From positions 96,001 through 160,000 of the forward strand of contig CBDDBZ010000039.1 in assembly GCA_965225945.1 (NCBI GenBank): 64,000 nt of DNA, given 5' to 3'. This stretch comes from Alphaproteobacteria bacterium (GTDB lineage: Bacteria; Pseudomonadota; Alphaproteobacteria; GCA-2731375). The position numbers and the translations under genes are program-made. The notes under the pieces are model-generated. The model saw only the letters and a program-made list of their open reading frames with translations, did not search any database and was not told where the DNA came from. Positions 44,050 to 54,217 of the stretch are shown here, one piece after another (the first letter of the stretch is position 1; every line of letters starts with the position of its first letter).

Positions 44050-44928
44050 ATGAAGATCGGTCTATTCGTCCCCCTGTGCAACCCACACCACACCCCCGAC
44101 TACATTCGCGCCCTCGGCCGCGCGGCGGAGGCGCGGGGCTTCCACTCGCTCTGGCTCGGCGAGCATGTGGTGCTGTTCGACGACTATGATTCGAAGTATC
44201 CCTATGCCGAGGACGGCCGGATCGGCCTCTCGGCGGAGGCCGGCCTGGTCGAATCCTTCACCGCGCTGGCCTTCCTCGCGGCGGAGACCCGCACGCTCCG
44301 TCTCGGCACCGCCATCTGCCTGGTGCCGCAGCGCAACCCCGTCTACACCGCGAAGGAAGCCGCCTCGATCGACTATCTCTCCGAGGGGCGCTTCGATTTC
44401 GGCGTCGGCGTCGGCTGGCTGCAGGAGGAATTCGAGGCCCTGGGCGTGCCCTTCGCACGCCGCGGCGCGCGCTGCGCTGAGTATCTGGAGGTGATCAAGC
44501 GGCTCTGGTGCGACGAGATCTCCGCCCATGAAGGCGAATTCTACCGCCTGCCGCCCTGCCGGCAGTTTCCCAAGCCGGTGCAGCGGCCGCATCCACCGAT
44601 CTATTTCGGCGGTGAAAGCGAGGCCGCGCTGCGTCGCGTCGCCGACCTCGGCGACGGCTGGCACGGCTTCAACCTGACGCCCGAGGCGACGGCCGAACGG
44701 CTCTGGCGGCTGGACGAACTGCTGGCCGAACGCGGCCGCGACCTGAGCGACGTCGATATCACCGTCTCGCCCTATCTGCATCCCGCCGACACGGAAGCGA
44801 TGCGGCGCTATCACGCGGCCGGGGTCGAGCAACTCGTGGTGATGGTGCTGACCCGCACGGTCGAGCAACTGGAACGCCGGCTCGACGACCTCGCCGAGGA
44901 CCTGGTGCGGCCGGCCGCCACGCTCTGA
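44050..44928 (+). CDS. LLM-class (putative F420-dependent) oxidoreductase
   Basis: WLGEHVV, GRFDFGVGVGWLQEEF, PVQRPHPPIYFGG. Confidence 0.88.
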   Translation: MKIGLFVPLCNPHHTPDYIRALGRAAEARGFHSLWLGEHVVLFDDYDSKYPYAEDGRIGLSAEAGLVESFTALAFLAAETRTLRLGTAICLVPQRNPVYTAKEAASIDYLSEGRFDFGVGVGWLQEEFEALGVPFARRGARCAEYLEVIKRLWCDEISAHEGEFYRLPPCRQFPKPVQRPHPPIYFGGESEAALRRVADLGDGWHGFNLTPEATAERLWRLDELLAERGRDLSDVDITVSPYLHPADTEAMRRYHAAGVEQLVVMVLTRTVEQLERRLDDLAEDLVRPAATL

Positions 44929-44987
44929 AGAGCCGCGCTCGGAGCCAAGACTCGAAAGTCGCCGAAGCCGGCCTATCGGCCGGAGAC

Positions 44988-45617
44988 TCAGGACGCGCGG
45001 GCGGGGAAGATCTTGGTGCGGGCCCGGAGCGCCTGGAGAAGGCCGTCGACGCCGTGGCGCTTCACCACGGCCGCGAACTCCGCGCGTTGCGTCACCGCCA
45101 TGGAGACACCCTCCACCGCGACGTCGATGATCTTGTAGTGGTTGTCGATCACGCGGATGCGCCACTCGGCGTGAATTGGCGATCCGCCCGGGCGCTGGAT
45201 CCGGGTCGAGACCACGATGTCGCGCTTGCCGGTGGCCCGCGCGCCGCCGACCTCGAAGCTCTCGCCGGCGTAGCCGCCGAGGCGGCGTGAATAGGTTGCC
45301 AAGGTATATTCCGAGAACAGATCCAGGTAATCGCGCTGCTGTTCGCTGCTGGCGCCGCGCCAATGGCGGCCGAGGGCGAAGCGGGCGATGAAATGAATGT
45401 CGAAACCTTGCGCCAGCAGGCGACGGAAGGCCGCCTCCCGCTGCTCCAGACTGCCGGAGGTCGTGCGCAGCACGGAAATCGCCTGGCCGGCCAGCCATTG
45501 CATGAACTGGGCGGCACCGTCGATCTGGGCTCGAGATGCTGCGGCGTGGGCGGAGTTCCAGAATAGTGCCAGTGCCGGTAGCCCGGCGAGTAAGGCGCGT
45601 CGCGTGGGTCGTCGCAT
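44988..45617 (-). CDS. MlaC/Ttg2D-family periplasmic phospholipid-binding protein
   Basis: RR signal peptide, IARFALGRHWR, IIDVAVEGVSMAVTQRAEF. Confidence 0.85.
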   Translation of the reverse strand: MRRPTRRALLAGLPALALFWNSAHAAASRAQIDGAAQFMQWLAGQAISVLRTTSGSLEQREAAFRRLLAQGFDIHFIARFALGRHWRGASSEQQRDYLDLFSEYTLATYSRRLGGYAGESFEVGGARATGKRDIVVSTRIQRPGGSPIHAEWRIRVIDNHYKIIDVAVEGVSMAVTQRAEFAAVVKRHGVDGLLQALRARTKIFPARAS

Positions 45618-45832
45618 CGTCGCTCGGCCCCCTGACCGATTCGGAACCGCGATTCGCCAAAGTCCGGTCCGCCGGAGAGGCGACGACGCGATTCGGGGAA
45701 GTATCTCAAGAAAACATGGGCCCCGAAAGTCTCTCGACCAGTGATGTCGATCACCGCCTGGACGCGCGAATGCACCGCCGGAGGCGGCCATAGATCATGA
45801 GATTCCGAGTATTGCCAAGTCTTTAACCCGCT

Positions 45833-45868
45833 TGTGGATAATACTGTGGAAAACTTGTTGACAAACAC
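45833..45868. promoter_or_regulatory. Phased DnaA-box-like array and left half of a CtrA-like box
   Basis: TGTGGATAA (45833), TGTGGAAAA (45845), TGTTGACAA (45856); TTGA-N7-TTAAC forms once the IS4 is removed. Confidence 0.55.
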
Positions 45869-47091
45869 CATGGTACACGACGGCATTTACGTAGGACGTT
45901 GAAAAGGTTGTAGGATTCCCGATTCACTCCACGACGAGTCAAGAGGGAAATCATGCGAGACAACCCGATCAACGCCCTGCGTGAGACGCTACGATGCGGC
46001 TTCGCCTTTCGCAAGAGCCGTCTGGAGAGCCTTTGCGTCTTGGTCTTCGGCGTGTTCGTCGCCCGGACGGTGAACCTCTCTCACTTGGCCTGCCACTTTC
46101 CGGGGCGCGCGCGATCCAGCTCCAACTATCGGCGCCTGCAACGGTTTTTCGAGCAAGTCGATTTCGATTACGATCGCCTCGCCGAGTTCCTGGTCGCGAT
46201 GATGGGGCTCCAGGCGGGGCCGTGGCGGCTGACCATGGACCGGACCAACTGGCGGCTGGGTCGCCGCGACGTCAACATCTTGATGATCGGCATCGTCAAC
46301 CGCGCCATCGCCATTCCCGTGTGCTGGCGGGTGCTCGACAAGGCGGGCAATTCCAATACCAAGGAGCGGATCGCGATCCTCGAACACGTCCTCCGGCTCT
46401 TCGGGGTCGACAAGATCGCCAGCCTCCTGGCCGACCGGGAATTCATCGGCGACGCCTGGCTGGCATGGTTGCAGGAAAAGGCCATCCCCTTTCACATCCG
46501 CATCCGATCCAACATCAAGATCGCCAACACGCGTGGTCGCATGGTCAAGGCGAGGGAGCTGTTTCGCGACCTCAAACCCGGGGAAAGCTGCATCCTCTCC
46601 AACGCCAGGCGCCTCTCGGAGGCCAGAAAACCCAAGGCCAGGCCCGTCTTCGTCGCCGCGCTCCATCTCAAGACCGGCGAACTGTTGATCGTCGTGACCA
46701 ACGACGCGCCCGAGGAGGCCTTGGCCATCTACGCCCAGCGCTGGCAAATCGAGACCCTCTTCGCCGCCTTGAAAACCCGTGGCTTCAACCTCGAAGACAC
46801 CCACATGACCGACCCGGAGCGCATCTCCAAGCTCACCGCCGTCCTTTCCATCACCTTCTGCTGGGCGCACAAAGTCGGCGATTGGCTCCACGAGGCCGAG
46901 CCGATCCGCCTCAAAACCCACAAAAGGATGGCAAAATCCATCTTCCGATACGGTTTCGAGTGGATAAGGCGACAGCTCGTCAATCCTATCGACAGGCGTC
47001 AAGCCATTGAGCTGATTCGTTTCCTCGTCCCCGGAAAACCACCAGTCCAGGTGCCCAGGCCAAAGCCAGCATGAACGAGTCGTGTACTGTG
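45869..47091 (+). mobile_element. IS4-family element (transposase 45953-47074) with 9-bp target duplication GACAAACAC
   Basis: Ends CATGGTACACGAC / GTCGTGTACTGTG; duplication at 45860-45868 and 47092-47100; DRT, ADREF, YAQRWQIETLF..LK (YREK motif). Confidence 0.92.
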
Positions 47092-47189
47092 GACAAACAC
47101 TTAACGAACATTTGGCTTACGCATAGTTTTATTTGATCTGGCACGCGTTTTTTGCCTGCTTCCGTTTTTCTGCGAGAGTCGGTTTGCAC

Positions 47190-48425
47190 GCGTTGGCGTC
47201 GAGACCAGTTCTGGGTGGCGACCAAGGCTTCGGGAGGCGGCTTTTTCGGAAGCCGGTTCCCACTGGCGGCGGAAGCCCCGGGAAGTGGATCTCGATCGGG
47301 AAGCGAGAAGTTTCGGCTTCGGACTTTCCGGTGCGGAGCGACGTGTTCTCCGCTGGCGGTGTCGCCGCTTGGATGATGCGATCGCGTCCTAGGTCGGTTT
47401 TCGGATCGGCCGATGGGGTGATCGGATCGCAAGGGCGGCGATAAGACACCGTCGAGGCGAGGCGCATCGCGCCCCAAGCGGCCCTTCGGGGCGGGCGCGA
47501 CGAGCTTCGGTCGGGGGCGGCGCGGTTCCGCGACCCGCGCGGGGAGGGGCTTCCTCGGAAGCTTTGCCTCGCCGGTGCGTGGATCGTCGCCGGAACGTCC
47601 GCCGCGAGGCGGATGCGACCACGGGCTCGGTGTGACGGTGACTTCGGTCGCCGGCGCGCGGGGCGGGTGGACTCCGATCCGGGACCATGCGCGGCGCGAC
47701 ACGGCGTCTTGGGGCGTCGCGACGGGCCGGACATGGAGACCGGAACGCGATACGCCGATCCGACGGTTCTCTCGGGAACCTTCGTGGCGACGTGGTTTCG
47801 GGCATCCCGGCCAGGCGTTCGGTCGCGCGGCGGCTCGTGTCCGTCGTCGCCCTCCTCGGAGGGTGATGTCGGTCGAGGGACGGCGCGGGTCCGGCGAGAG
47901 GCGCAATTTCGGCGCGCGGGAGGCGTCGGAGATGTCGGGTCGATGCGAGGGCGACCTCGTGGCGATGTGGCGGAACCGAGGCGGAACGGGCATCGAGGCG
48001 CGCGAATCGACGGGCGAGACCGAACCGGTGGCGTCGCGTTCGGCGGCGGTGGCATTCTTCGGAATGCGCCGGCGTCGGGGGCGAGGTCGCGCGAGCCGCT
48101 GGGCTCGGACGGGGCAAACCTTCGGGTCGGTCTCGCTCGGGACGGTGGGCGCGAGCCGGGCGGGCACGGCGGTTCGGGTGGAAAGGCGCGCGGCACGGAG
48201 GACGGAAGATCGGGGCTTCGCCCCGGGTCGGCCGGCCAAAGAGGCCGAACGACGGAACGCCCGAAAGCCGACGGCGGTCGAGATCGCGGATTTATCCGAG
48301 ATCGAGACCGCCGCCAGGTACCGCAACGAAGCGCGTGTCGGGAGCGAGAGCAGCTCCTAGGGCGTCGGGCGCACCCCTTCGGGGAGGCGACGCGTGGACC
48401 CAACCACCACGCGACCCGGCGCCCT
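47190..48425 (+). ncRNA. Candidate large structured non-coding RNA (family unrecognised; ends approximate)
   Basis: No credible ORF; at least 12 hairpins with UUCG/CUCG/GCGA loops, long-range helices, G-U pairs only on the + strand. Confidence 0.6.
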
Positions 48426-48702
48426 TACCGTTGCTGCTCATATAGCAATGTTCCCCTCTCTCCACAACAAAATTTTGCGCCTCCGCGCGACCGAACCCCA
48501 ACCTGTTGCGTTTCGGTGTCGGTCAATGCGAAGCGACGGGGCCAATGCGTCGGCCGCGCGGCGGGGCGAAGGAGACCTCGAAAATATCGAACGATGGTTC
48601 GAAAAGCGGCTGCTGGCGGCCCGGAGCCGTGCTAGCATGACGCCCTCCGAGCCCTGAGCGCGGAAAGCGCGACACCGGGCGAGGTCTGGGGAGCACCAAT
48701 AC

Positions 48703-49803
48703 ATGGACTTCATACGGATTTCGGCCGATTCCCACGTCACCGAGCCGCCGAACTGCTACATCGACAACATCGACCCCAAATATCGCGACACCGCACCCCA
48801 TATTCGCCACGACGAGAAGCTGGGCGACATCTACGTGATCGACAAACTCGACATGACGGTGCCGATGGGCCTGGTCGCAGCCGCCGGCAAGGATCCGAGC
48901 GAACTTCGGGCCAAGGCGGCGAGCTTCGACGATCTCCATCGCGGCGGCTGGGACCCGGTGCAGCGGCTCGAAGACCAGGACCGGGACGGCGTCGCGGCCG
49001 AGATCATCTATCCGACCGTCGGCATGCCGCTCTGCAACCACGAGGACGCGGATTACAAGAAGGCCTGTTTCGATGCCTACAACCGCTGGCTCCTGGCTTT
49101 TTGCGAGCGTGCGCAGGACCGCCTGATCGGCTGCGGCCAGACCGCGATTCGCTCGGTCGAGGAGGGCATCGAGGATCTCCGCCGGATCAAGGAGATGGGC
49201 TTCAAGGGCGTGATGATGCCCGGCAGCCCGGTGATGAGCGATTATGACGATTCCATCGACGATCCCTTGTGGGAGGCGGCGATCGACCTCGAGCTGCCGC
49301 TCTCCTTCCACATCCTGACCTCCAAGAACGACAACCTGCACCAGTACCGGAGGCCGAAGATCAACAGCTTCCTGGCCATCATCCGGGGCTGCCAGGACAT
49401 CATCGGGACCTTCATCTTCGGCGCCGTGTTCGAGCGTCATCCCGAGCTGAAGCTGGTCTGCGTCGAGGCCGATGCCGGCTGGGTGCCGCACTACATGTAC
49501 CGCATGGATCACGCCTACAAGCGCCACCGCTACTGGCTGAAGTGCCCGGAGATGGAGCGGCTGCCGAGCGAATATTTCCGCGAGAACGTCTACATGACCT
49601 TCCAGGACGACTGGACCGCCTTCACGTCGACCGAAATGCTCAATCCGAAGCGGTTGATTTGGGCCAACGACTTCCCGCACAGCGATTCGACCTGGCCCTG
49701 GAGCCAGGAGATGCTGGCCGAGCACACGGCCGGGCTGAGCGAGGCGGATCGCCGCGCGATCCTGCGCGGCAACGTCGCCGAGCTTTACGGCCTCGCGGCC
49801 TGA
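48703..49803 (+). CDS. Amidohydrolase 2 family protein
   Basis: ISADSHVTEP, LPLSFH, VEADAGW, WANDFPHSDS. Confidence 0.87.
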   Translation: MDFIRISADSHVTEPPNCYIDNIDPKYRDTAPHIRHDEKLGDIYVIDKLDMTVPMGLVAAAGKDPSELRAKAASFDDLHRGGWDPVQRLEDQDRDGVAAEIIYPTVGMPLCNHEDADYKKACFDAYNRWLLAFCERAQDRLIGCGQTAIRSVEEGIEDLRRIKEMGFKGVMMPGSPVMSDYDDSIDDPLWEAAIDLELPLSFHILTSKNDNLHQYRRPKINSFLAIIRGCQDIIGTFIFGAVFERHPELKLVCVEADAGWVPHYMYRMDHAYKRHRYWLKCPEMERLPSEYFRENVYMTFQDDWTAFTSTEMLNPKRLIWANDFPHSDSTWPWSQEMLAEHTAGLSEADRRAILRGNVAELYGLAA

Positions 49804-49830
49804 GCTCTCGCCAGGCTCGAGGCAACGAGC

Positions 49831-51522
49831 ATGGATTATGATCTGAAGATCATCGGCGGCACCATCGTCGACGGCACCGGCGCGCCCGGGCGCGCCGGCG
49901 ACGTCGCCATCAGGAGAGGCCGGGTAGTCGCCCTGGGGGAGGCGCCGGGCCGGGCGGCTGAGACCATCGAGGCCAAGGACAGAATCGTCGCGCCTGGCTT
50001 CGTCGACATCCACACCCACTACGACGCTCAGATCCTGTGGGACCGGACGCTCTCGATCTCGCCCTGGCACGGCGTCACCTCGGTGGTGATGGGCAACTGC
50101 GGCTTCGGCCTCGCGCCCACTCGGGCCGAGCATCGCGAGCTGATCATGCTGACGCTGGAGAAGGTCGAGGGCATGAGCATCGCCGCGCTCAGGGCGGGGC
50201 TGGGCGCCGATTGGCCCTTCGAGACCTTCCCCGAGTATCTCGACGCGATCGAGCGGGTCGGCTTCGCCATCAACGTCGGCGTGCTGTTCGGCCATACGCC
50301 GCTCAGGATGTGGGTCATGGGCGAGGAGGCGGTGGAGCGCCCGGCCACCGAGGGCGAGATCGCCGAGATGCGGGAGCTGCTGCGCCACGGGCTCAGGGCC
50401 GGCGCGATCGGCTTCGCCACCTCCAGGGCCGGCACCCACGTCGGCTACCGGGGCAAGCCGGTGCCGAGCCGGGTGGCCGAGATCGAGGAGATCTTCGCGC
50501 TGGCCGAGGTCTTGGGCGAGGAAGGCCTGGGCGTGGTGCAGGCCACCGCTGGCCGACAGCTCAGCTTCGAGCAGTTCGCCGAGATCAACCGGCTGAGTGG
50601 GCGCACCGTCACTTGGACCGCGCTGCTGGCGGGCCTGGCGCTCGGCGGCGGCAATCACGAAGACCAACTGGCCCAGACCGATCGGCTGGTGGCCGACGGC
50701 TTCGACGTGGTGCCGCAGGTGACGCCCCGGCCGCTCAACTTCGAATACCAGTTCAAGGCGCCCTTCCCCTTCGAGCCGATGTCGACCTTCAAGGAAGTCG
50801 CGGCGGCCGACTTCGCGGGCAAGAGGCGGATCTACGCCGAGCCCGACTTCCAACGGGCCTTCGCCGTCAAGATGCGCGAGGGGGTCAGGCCGAGCTTCCG
50901 CGACGCCTTCGCCAAGACGGTGATCACCGAGCACGGGCCGGAACCGGAGCTCGCCGAGCGGTCGCTCTTCGAGGTCGCGGGCGAGCGCGGCCTTGAGCCG
51001 GCGGCGTTGGCGCTGCAACTCTCGCTGCTGACCGAGCTCGAGACCCGCTTTCGCATGCCGGTGGCGAACCACGACGAGGATCAGGTCGAGAGCTTGCTCA
51101 AGAACAAGAACACGGTGATCGGCCTGTCCGACGCGGGCGCGCACGCGAGCCAGCTCTGCGATGCCTGTCTGCCGACCTACCTGCTGCAGCGTTGGGTCCG
51201 CGAGAAGGGCGTGCTGGAGCTGGAGGAGGCCGTCCGCATGCTGACCTCGCGACCGGCCGAGGTCTTCGGTATCGAGGGCCGGGGCCGGCTGCGCGAAGGC
51301 GCGGCCGCCGACGTCGTGGTGTTCGATCCCGATCATGTCGGCGCCGGACCCTTGCACCGCGTGCACGATCTGCCGGCGGGCGAGGACCGGCTGGTCTCGG
51401 ATGCGTTGGGCATCGAGGCCGTGGTGGTGAACGGCACGCTCCTGCGCCGGGCCGGCGAGGACGTGGCCCGGCCCGATGGCGCGCTTCCCGGCCGCCTGCT
51501 CCGCGGCGGCACGGCCGATTGA
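49831..51522 (+). CDS. N-acyl-D-amino-acid deacylase family amidohydrolase
   Basis: [28 protein letters not shown]. Confidence 0.88.
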   Translation: MDYDLKIIGGTIVDGTGAPGRAGDVAIRRGRVVALGEAPGRAAETIEAKDRIVAPGFVDIHTHYDAQILWDRTLSISPWHGVTSVVMGNCGFGLAPTRAEHRELIMLTLEKVEGMSIAALRAGLGADWPFETFPEYLDAIERVGFAINVGVLFGHTPLRMWVMGEEAVERPATEGEIAEMRELLRHGLRAGAIGFATSRAGTHVGYRGKPVPSRVAEIEEIFALAEVLGEEGLGVVQATAGRQLSFEQFAEINRLSGRTVTWTALLAGLALGGGNHEDQLAQTDRLVADGFDVVPQVTPRPLNFEYQFKAPFPFEPMSTFKEVAAADFAGKRRIYAEPDFQRAFAVKMREGVRPSFRDAFAKTVITEHGPEPELAERSLFEVAGERGLEPAALALQLSLLTELETRFRMPVANHDEDQVESLLKNKNTVIGLSDAGAHASQLCDACLPTYLLQRWVREKGVLELEEAVRMLTSRPAEVFGIEGRGRLREGAAADVVVFDPDHVGAGPLHRVHDLPAGEDRLVSDALGIEAVVVNGTLLRRAGEDVARPDGALPGRLLRGGTAD

Positions 51523-51583
51523 AAGCCCGCCCGGCTTCGATTAGAGTGGCGGCCGACGCTGGGCCTTGGGCCTGGCGCTCCGG

Positions 51584-51660
<77 letters not shown>

Positions 51661-51762
51661 ATCTTTTCAAGCGAATATATCAACCGACCAAACTTGTTAC
51701 CGGTTCGAGGATTCCCGAGGCCAAGCGCGCCGCCTTCCGGCGCTGCCCAAGGGCCCGACGGG

Positions 51763-52245
51763 TCACCGGCGGCGGCCGAGTGCCGCCGATACCATCTCCA
51801 GCACCTCCGCCCGCTCGGCGGGCGCCAGGAAACCGGCACAGGCGAGCGCGCGGCCGTGGCTGGCGAGCCGGAGGCAGCCCCGGCCGGCTTCGCCTTCCTC
51901 GCGCTCGACGCGGACCCATTCGGCCGGGAAGCGCCAGCGCTCGACCCGGCCGCCGGGGTGGTGACGGGCCAGCACCAGTTCGTCGCCCTCGACGCTCAGC
52001 CGTTCGCGCAGCCGCGCCGCCCGAGAGCTCAGGTGAAAGGCGAGGGTGATCGCCATGACGCCGAGGCCGAGGAAGCCAAACACTGGCCAGGCGCCGACAG
52101 CCACAAAGACGATTCCGGCACCGAAGCCGATGGCGGAAACCACCGCCATCAGCATCCACAATCCCCAGACCCCGAGGCTTCTGTGCGGCCACATCACCAC
52201 GTCCAGGCCGGCCGCTTCGCCCTCGATCGCCTCGAACCGCTCCAT
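51763..52245 (-). CDS. DUF2244-like membrane protein
   Basis: PHRSL, GAWPVFGFLG, FLAPAER. Confidence 0.75.
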   Translation of the reverse strand: MERFEAIEGEAAGLDVVMWPHRSLGVWGLWMLMAVVSAIGFGAGIVFVAVGAWPVFGFLGLGVMAITLAFHLSSRAARLRERLSVEGDELVLARHHPGGRVERWRFPAEWVRVEREEGEAGRGCLRLASHGRALACAGFLAPAERAEVLEMVSAALGRRR

Positions 52246-52472
52246 CCGGCGAGTTTAGGCATCATCCGCTCACGCGGAATCACCGACCCGTCGCGGGGCA
52301 TGTCGGGCCGGTGACCGCTCGATCGCGACCGTGGGATCCACCGCCCCCACGGCACGCGATTGTCTCCCGACTTGTCGGGCCCGAGGGTTTCGGGGCAGCA
52401 TCGTGGTCCCGCGACGAAGCGGCGCCCGCGCCGCCCCGGTTTCGGCGCGCGCGAGGGAGAGGACGAGACGCC

Positions 52473-54185
52473 ATGACCTACGACTACATCATTGTCGGCG
52501 GGGGCTCGGCCGGCTCGGTGCTGGCCAATCGGCTCTCGGCCCGGAGCGCCAACAAGGTCCTGCTGCTGGAGGCCGGCCAGGACACTCCCCACGGCAAGGT
52601 GCCGAAAGAGATCCTCGACAGCTATCCCGGCACCGCCTATCTCGACAACCGCTTCCACTGGACCGAGCTCGAGGTCACCACCCAGCCGGTCAGCCACAAC
52701 AATCCGGACGCCGACCGGCCGCGCTTGCGCAAATACGAGCAGGCCCGCGTGCTCGGCGGCGGCTCCTCGATCAACGGTCAGCTCGCCAACCGGGGTGCCC
52801 CCACCGACTACGACGAGTGGGAATCGCGCGGCGCGCGGGGCTGGAACTGGGACTCGGTGCTGCCCTATTTCAAAAGGATCGAGCGCGACATGGATTTCGA
52901 CGGGCCCTATCACGGCCAGTCCGGCCGCATCCCGGTGCGCCGCATCATGCCCGATCTCTGGAACGGCTACTCGACCGCCGCGGGCGAGGCCTTCGGCCGC
53001 GCCGGCTACGAGTTCCTGGCCGACCAGAACGGCGAATTTCGCGACGGCTACTTCCCGATCACCATGTCGAACGCCTACGAGCGCCGCGTCTCGGCGGCCA
53101 TCGGCTATCTCGATCCGGGCACGCGGCTGCGCGAGAACCTGGAGATCTCGACCCACACGCAGGTCCAGGAACTGCTGTTCGAGGGCACCCGCTGCGTAGG
53201 CGTCAAGGCCCAGGTGGGGGACCGGGCGAAAGAGTTCCGAGCGGGCGAGATCATCGTCTCCTCGGGCGCGATCCACTCGCCAGCGCATCTGCTGCGGGCC
53301 GGGATCGGCCCGGCGATGGCGCTCGCCGAGCTCGGCATCGAGGCGCGCGCCAACCTGCCCGGCGTCGGACAGCGACTGATGGACCACCCCTCGATCGCCG
53401 TCGCCGCCTACATCGAGCCCGGAGCCCGGGTCCGGAACGAGTTCACCCGCCGCCATCTCCTGGTGGGGCTGCGCTATTCCTCCGAGCTCGACGGCGCGCC
53501 CGCCGGCGATATGTTCATGGCCGCGGTCTCGAAATCCTCCTGGCACGCGGTCGGCGAGCAGATCGCCTCGATGATCGTCTTCGTCAACAAGACCTATTCC
53601 GAGACCGGGCAGGTCAAGCTGGCGACGCGCGATTGGCGGGACGAGCCGACGGTGGAGTTCAATCTGCTCTCCGACCGCCGCGACCTCGACCGGCTGATGC
53701 AGGGCTTCCGGCTGATGGCCGAGATGCACGACGATCCCGCCCTCCAGGCGGTCGCCAGCGATGCCTTCCCGGCGAGCTACAGCGACAAGGTGCGCCAGGT
53801 CGGCGAGGTCAATCCCAAGAACAAGTTCCTGACCGGCGCCATGGCCAAACTGCTCGATGGCCCGGCGCCGCTCCGCCGCCTGTTGATCGAGAAGCTGATC
53901 ATGGAGGGATACAGCCTCGAAGAACTGCGCCGCGACGATGCGGCGCTGGAGGCGTTCACCCGCGAGGCGGCGGTCGGCGTCTGGCACGCCTCCTGCTCCT
54001 GCCGGATGGGGGCCGACGACGATTCCATGGCGGTGACCGACAACGCCGGCCGGGTCCGGGGCGCTATCCAGGGGCTCAGAGTCTGCGATGCCTCGGTCTT
54101 TCCCGTGGTGCCCTGCGCCAACACCAACTTCCCGACCCTGATGGCCGCCGAGAAGATCTCCGATGCCATCCTCGACGGTCACTAG
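52473..54185 (+). CDS. GMC-family oxidoreductase
   Basis: YDYIIVGGGSAG, LGGGSSING, WHASCSCRMG, ANTNFPT. Confidence 0.92.
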   Translation: MTYDYIIVGGGSAGSVLANRLSARSANKVLLLEAGQDTPHGKVPKEILDSYPGTAYLDNRFHWTELEVTTQPVSHNNPDADRPRLRKYEQARVLGGGSSINGQLANRGAPTDYDEWESRGARGWNWDSVLPYFKRIERDMDFDGPYHGQSGRIPVRRIMPDLWNGYSTAAGEAFGRAGYEFLADQNGEFRDGYFPITMSNAYERRVSAAIGYLDPGTRLRENLEISTHTQVQELLFEGTRCVGVKAQVGDRAKEFRAGEIIVSSGAIHSPAHLLRAGIGPAMALAELGIEARANLPGVGQRLMDHPSIAVAAYIEPGARVRNEFTRRHLLVGLRYSSELDGAPAGDMFMAAVSKSSWHAVGEQIASMIVFVNKTYSETGQVKLATRDWRDEPTVEFNLLSDRRDLDRLMQGFRLMAEMHDDPALQAVASDAFPASYSDKVRQVGEVNPKNKFLTGAMAKLLDGPAPLRRLLIEKLIMEGYSLEELRRDDAALEAFTREAAVGVWHASCSCRMGADDDSMAVTDNAGRVRGAIQGLRVCDASVFPVVPCANTNFPTLMAAEKISDAILDGH

Positions 54186-54202
54186 TGGATTCTATCCACT
54201 TG
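54182..54202. repeat. 21-bp mini inverted repeat, copy 2
   Basis: CTAGTGGATTCTATCCACTTG overlapping the GMC stop; 19/21 identical to 40010-40030. Confidence 0.65.
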
Positions 54203-54217
54203 GTGCGCAAGACAGCC

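Noticed and set aside
47139-47155. Sigma-54-like TGGCACG...TTGC upstream of the candidate RNA
   Set aside because: GG-to-GC spacing is 14 bp instead of the required 12.
48153-48175. GAGCCG...CGGTTC resembling group II intron domain V
   Set aside because: Too short, lacks the upper GNRA stem, and no domain VI/AY end follows.
46986-48635. Long ORFs of 242-446 aa on both strands over the structured region
   Set aside because: Arg/Pro/Ser/Gly-rich, no recognisable domain or RBS; expected by chance in GC-rich DNA.
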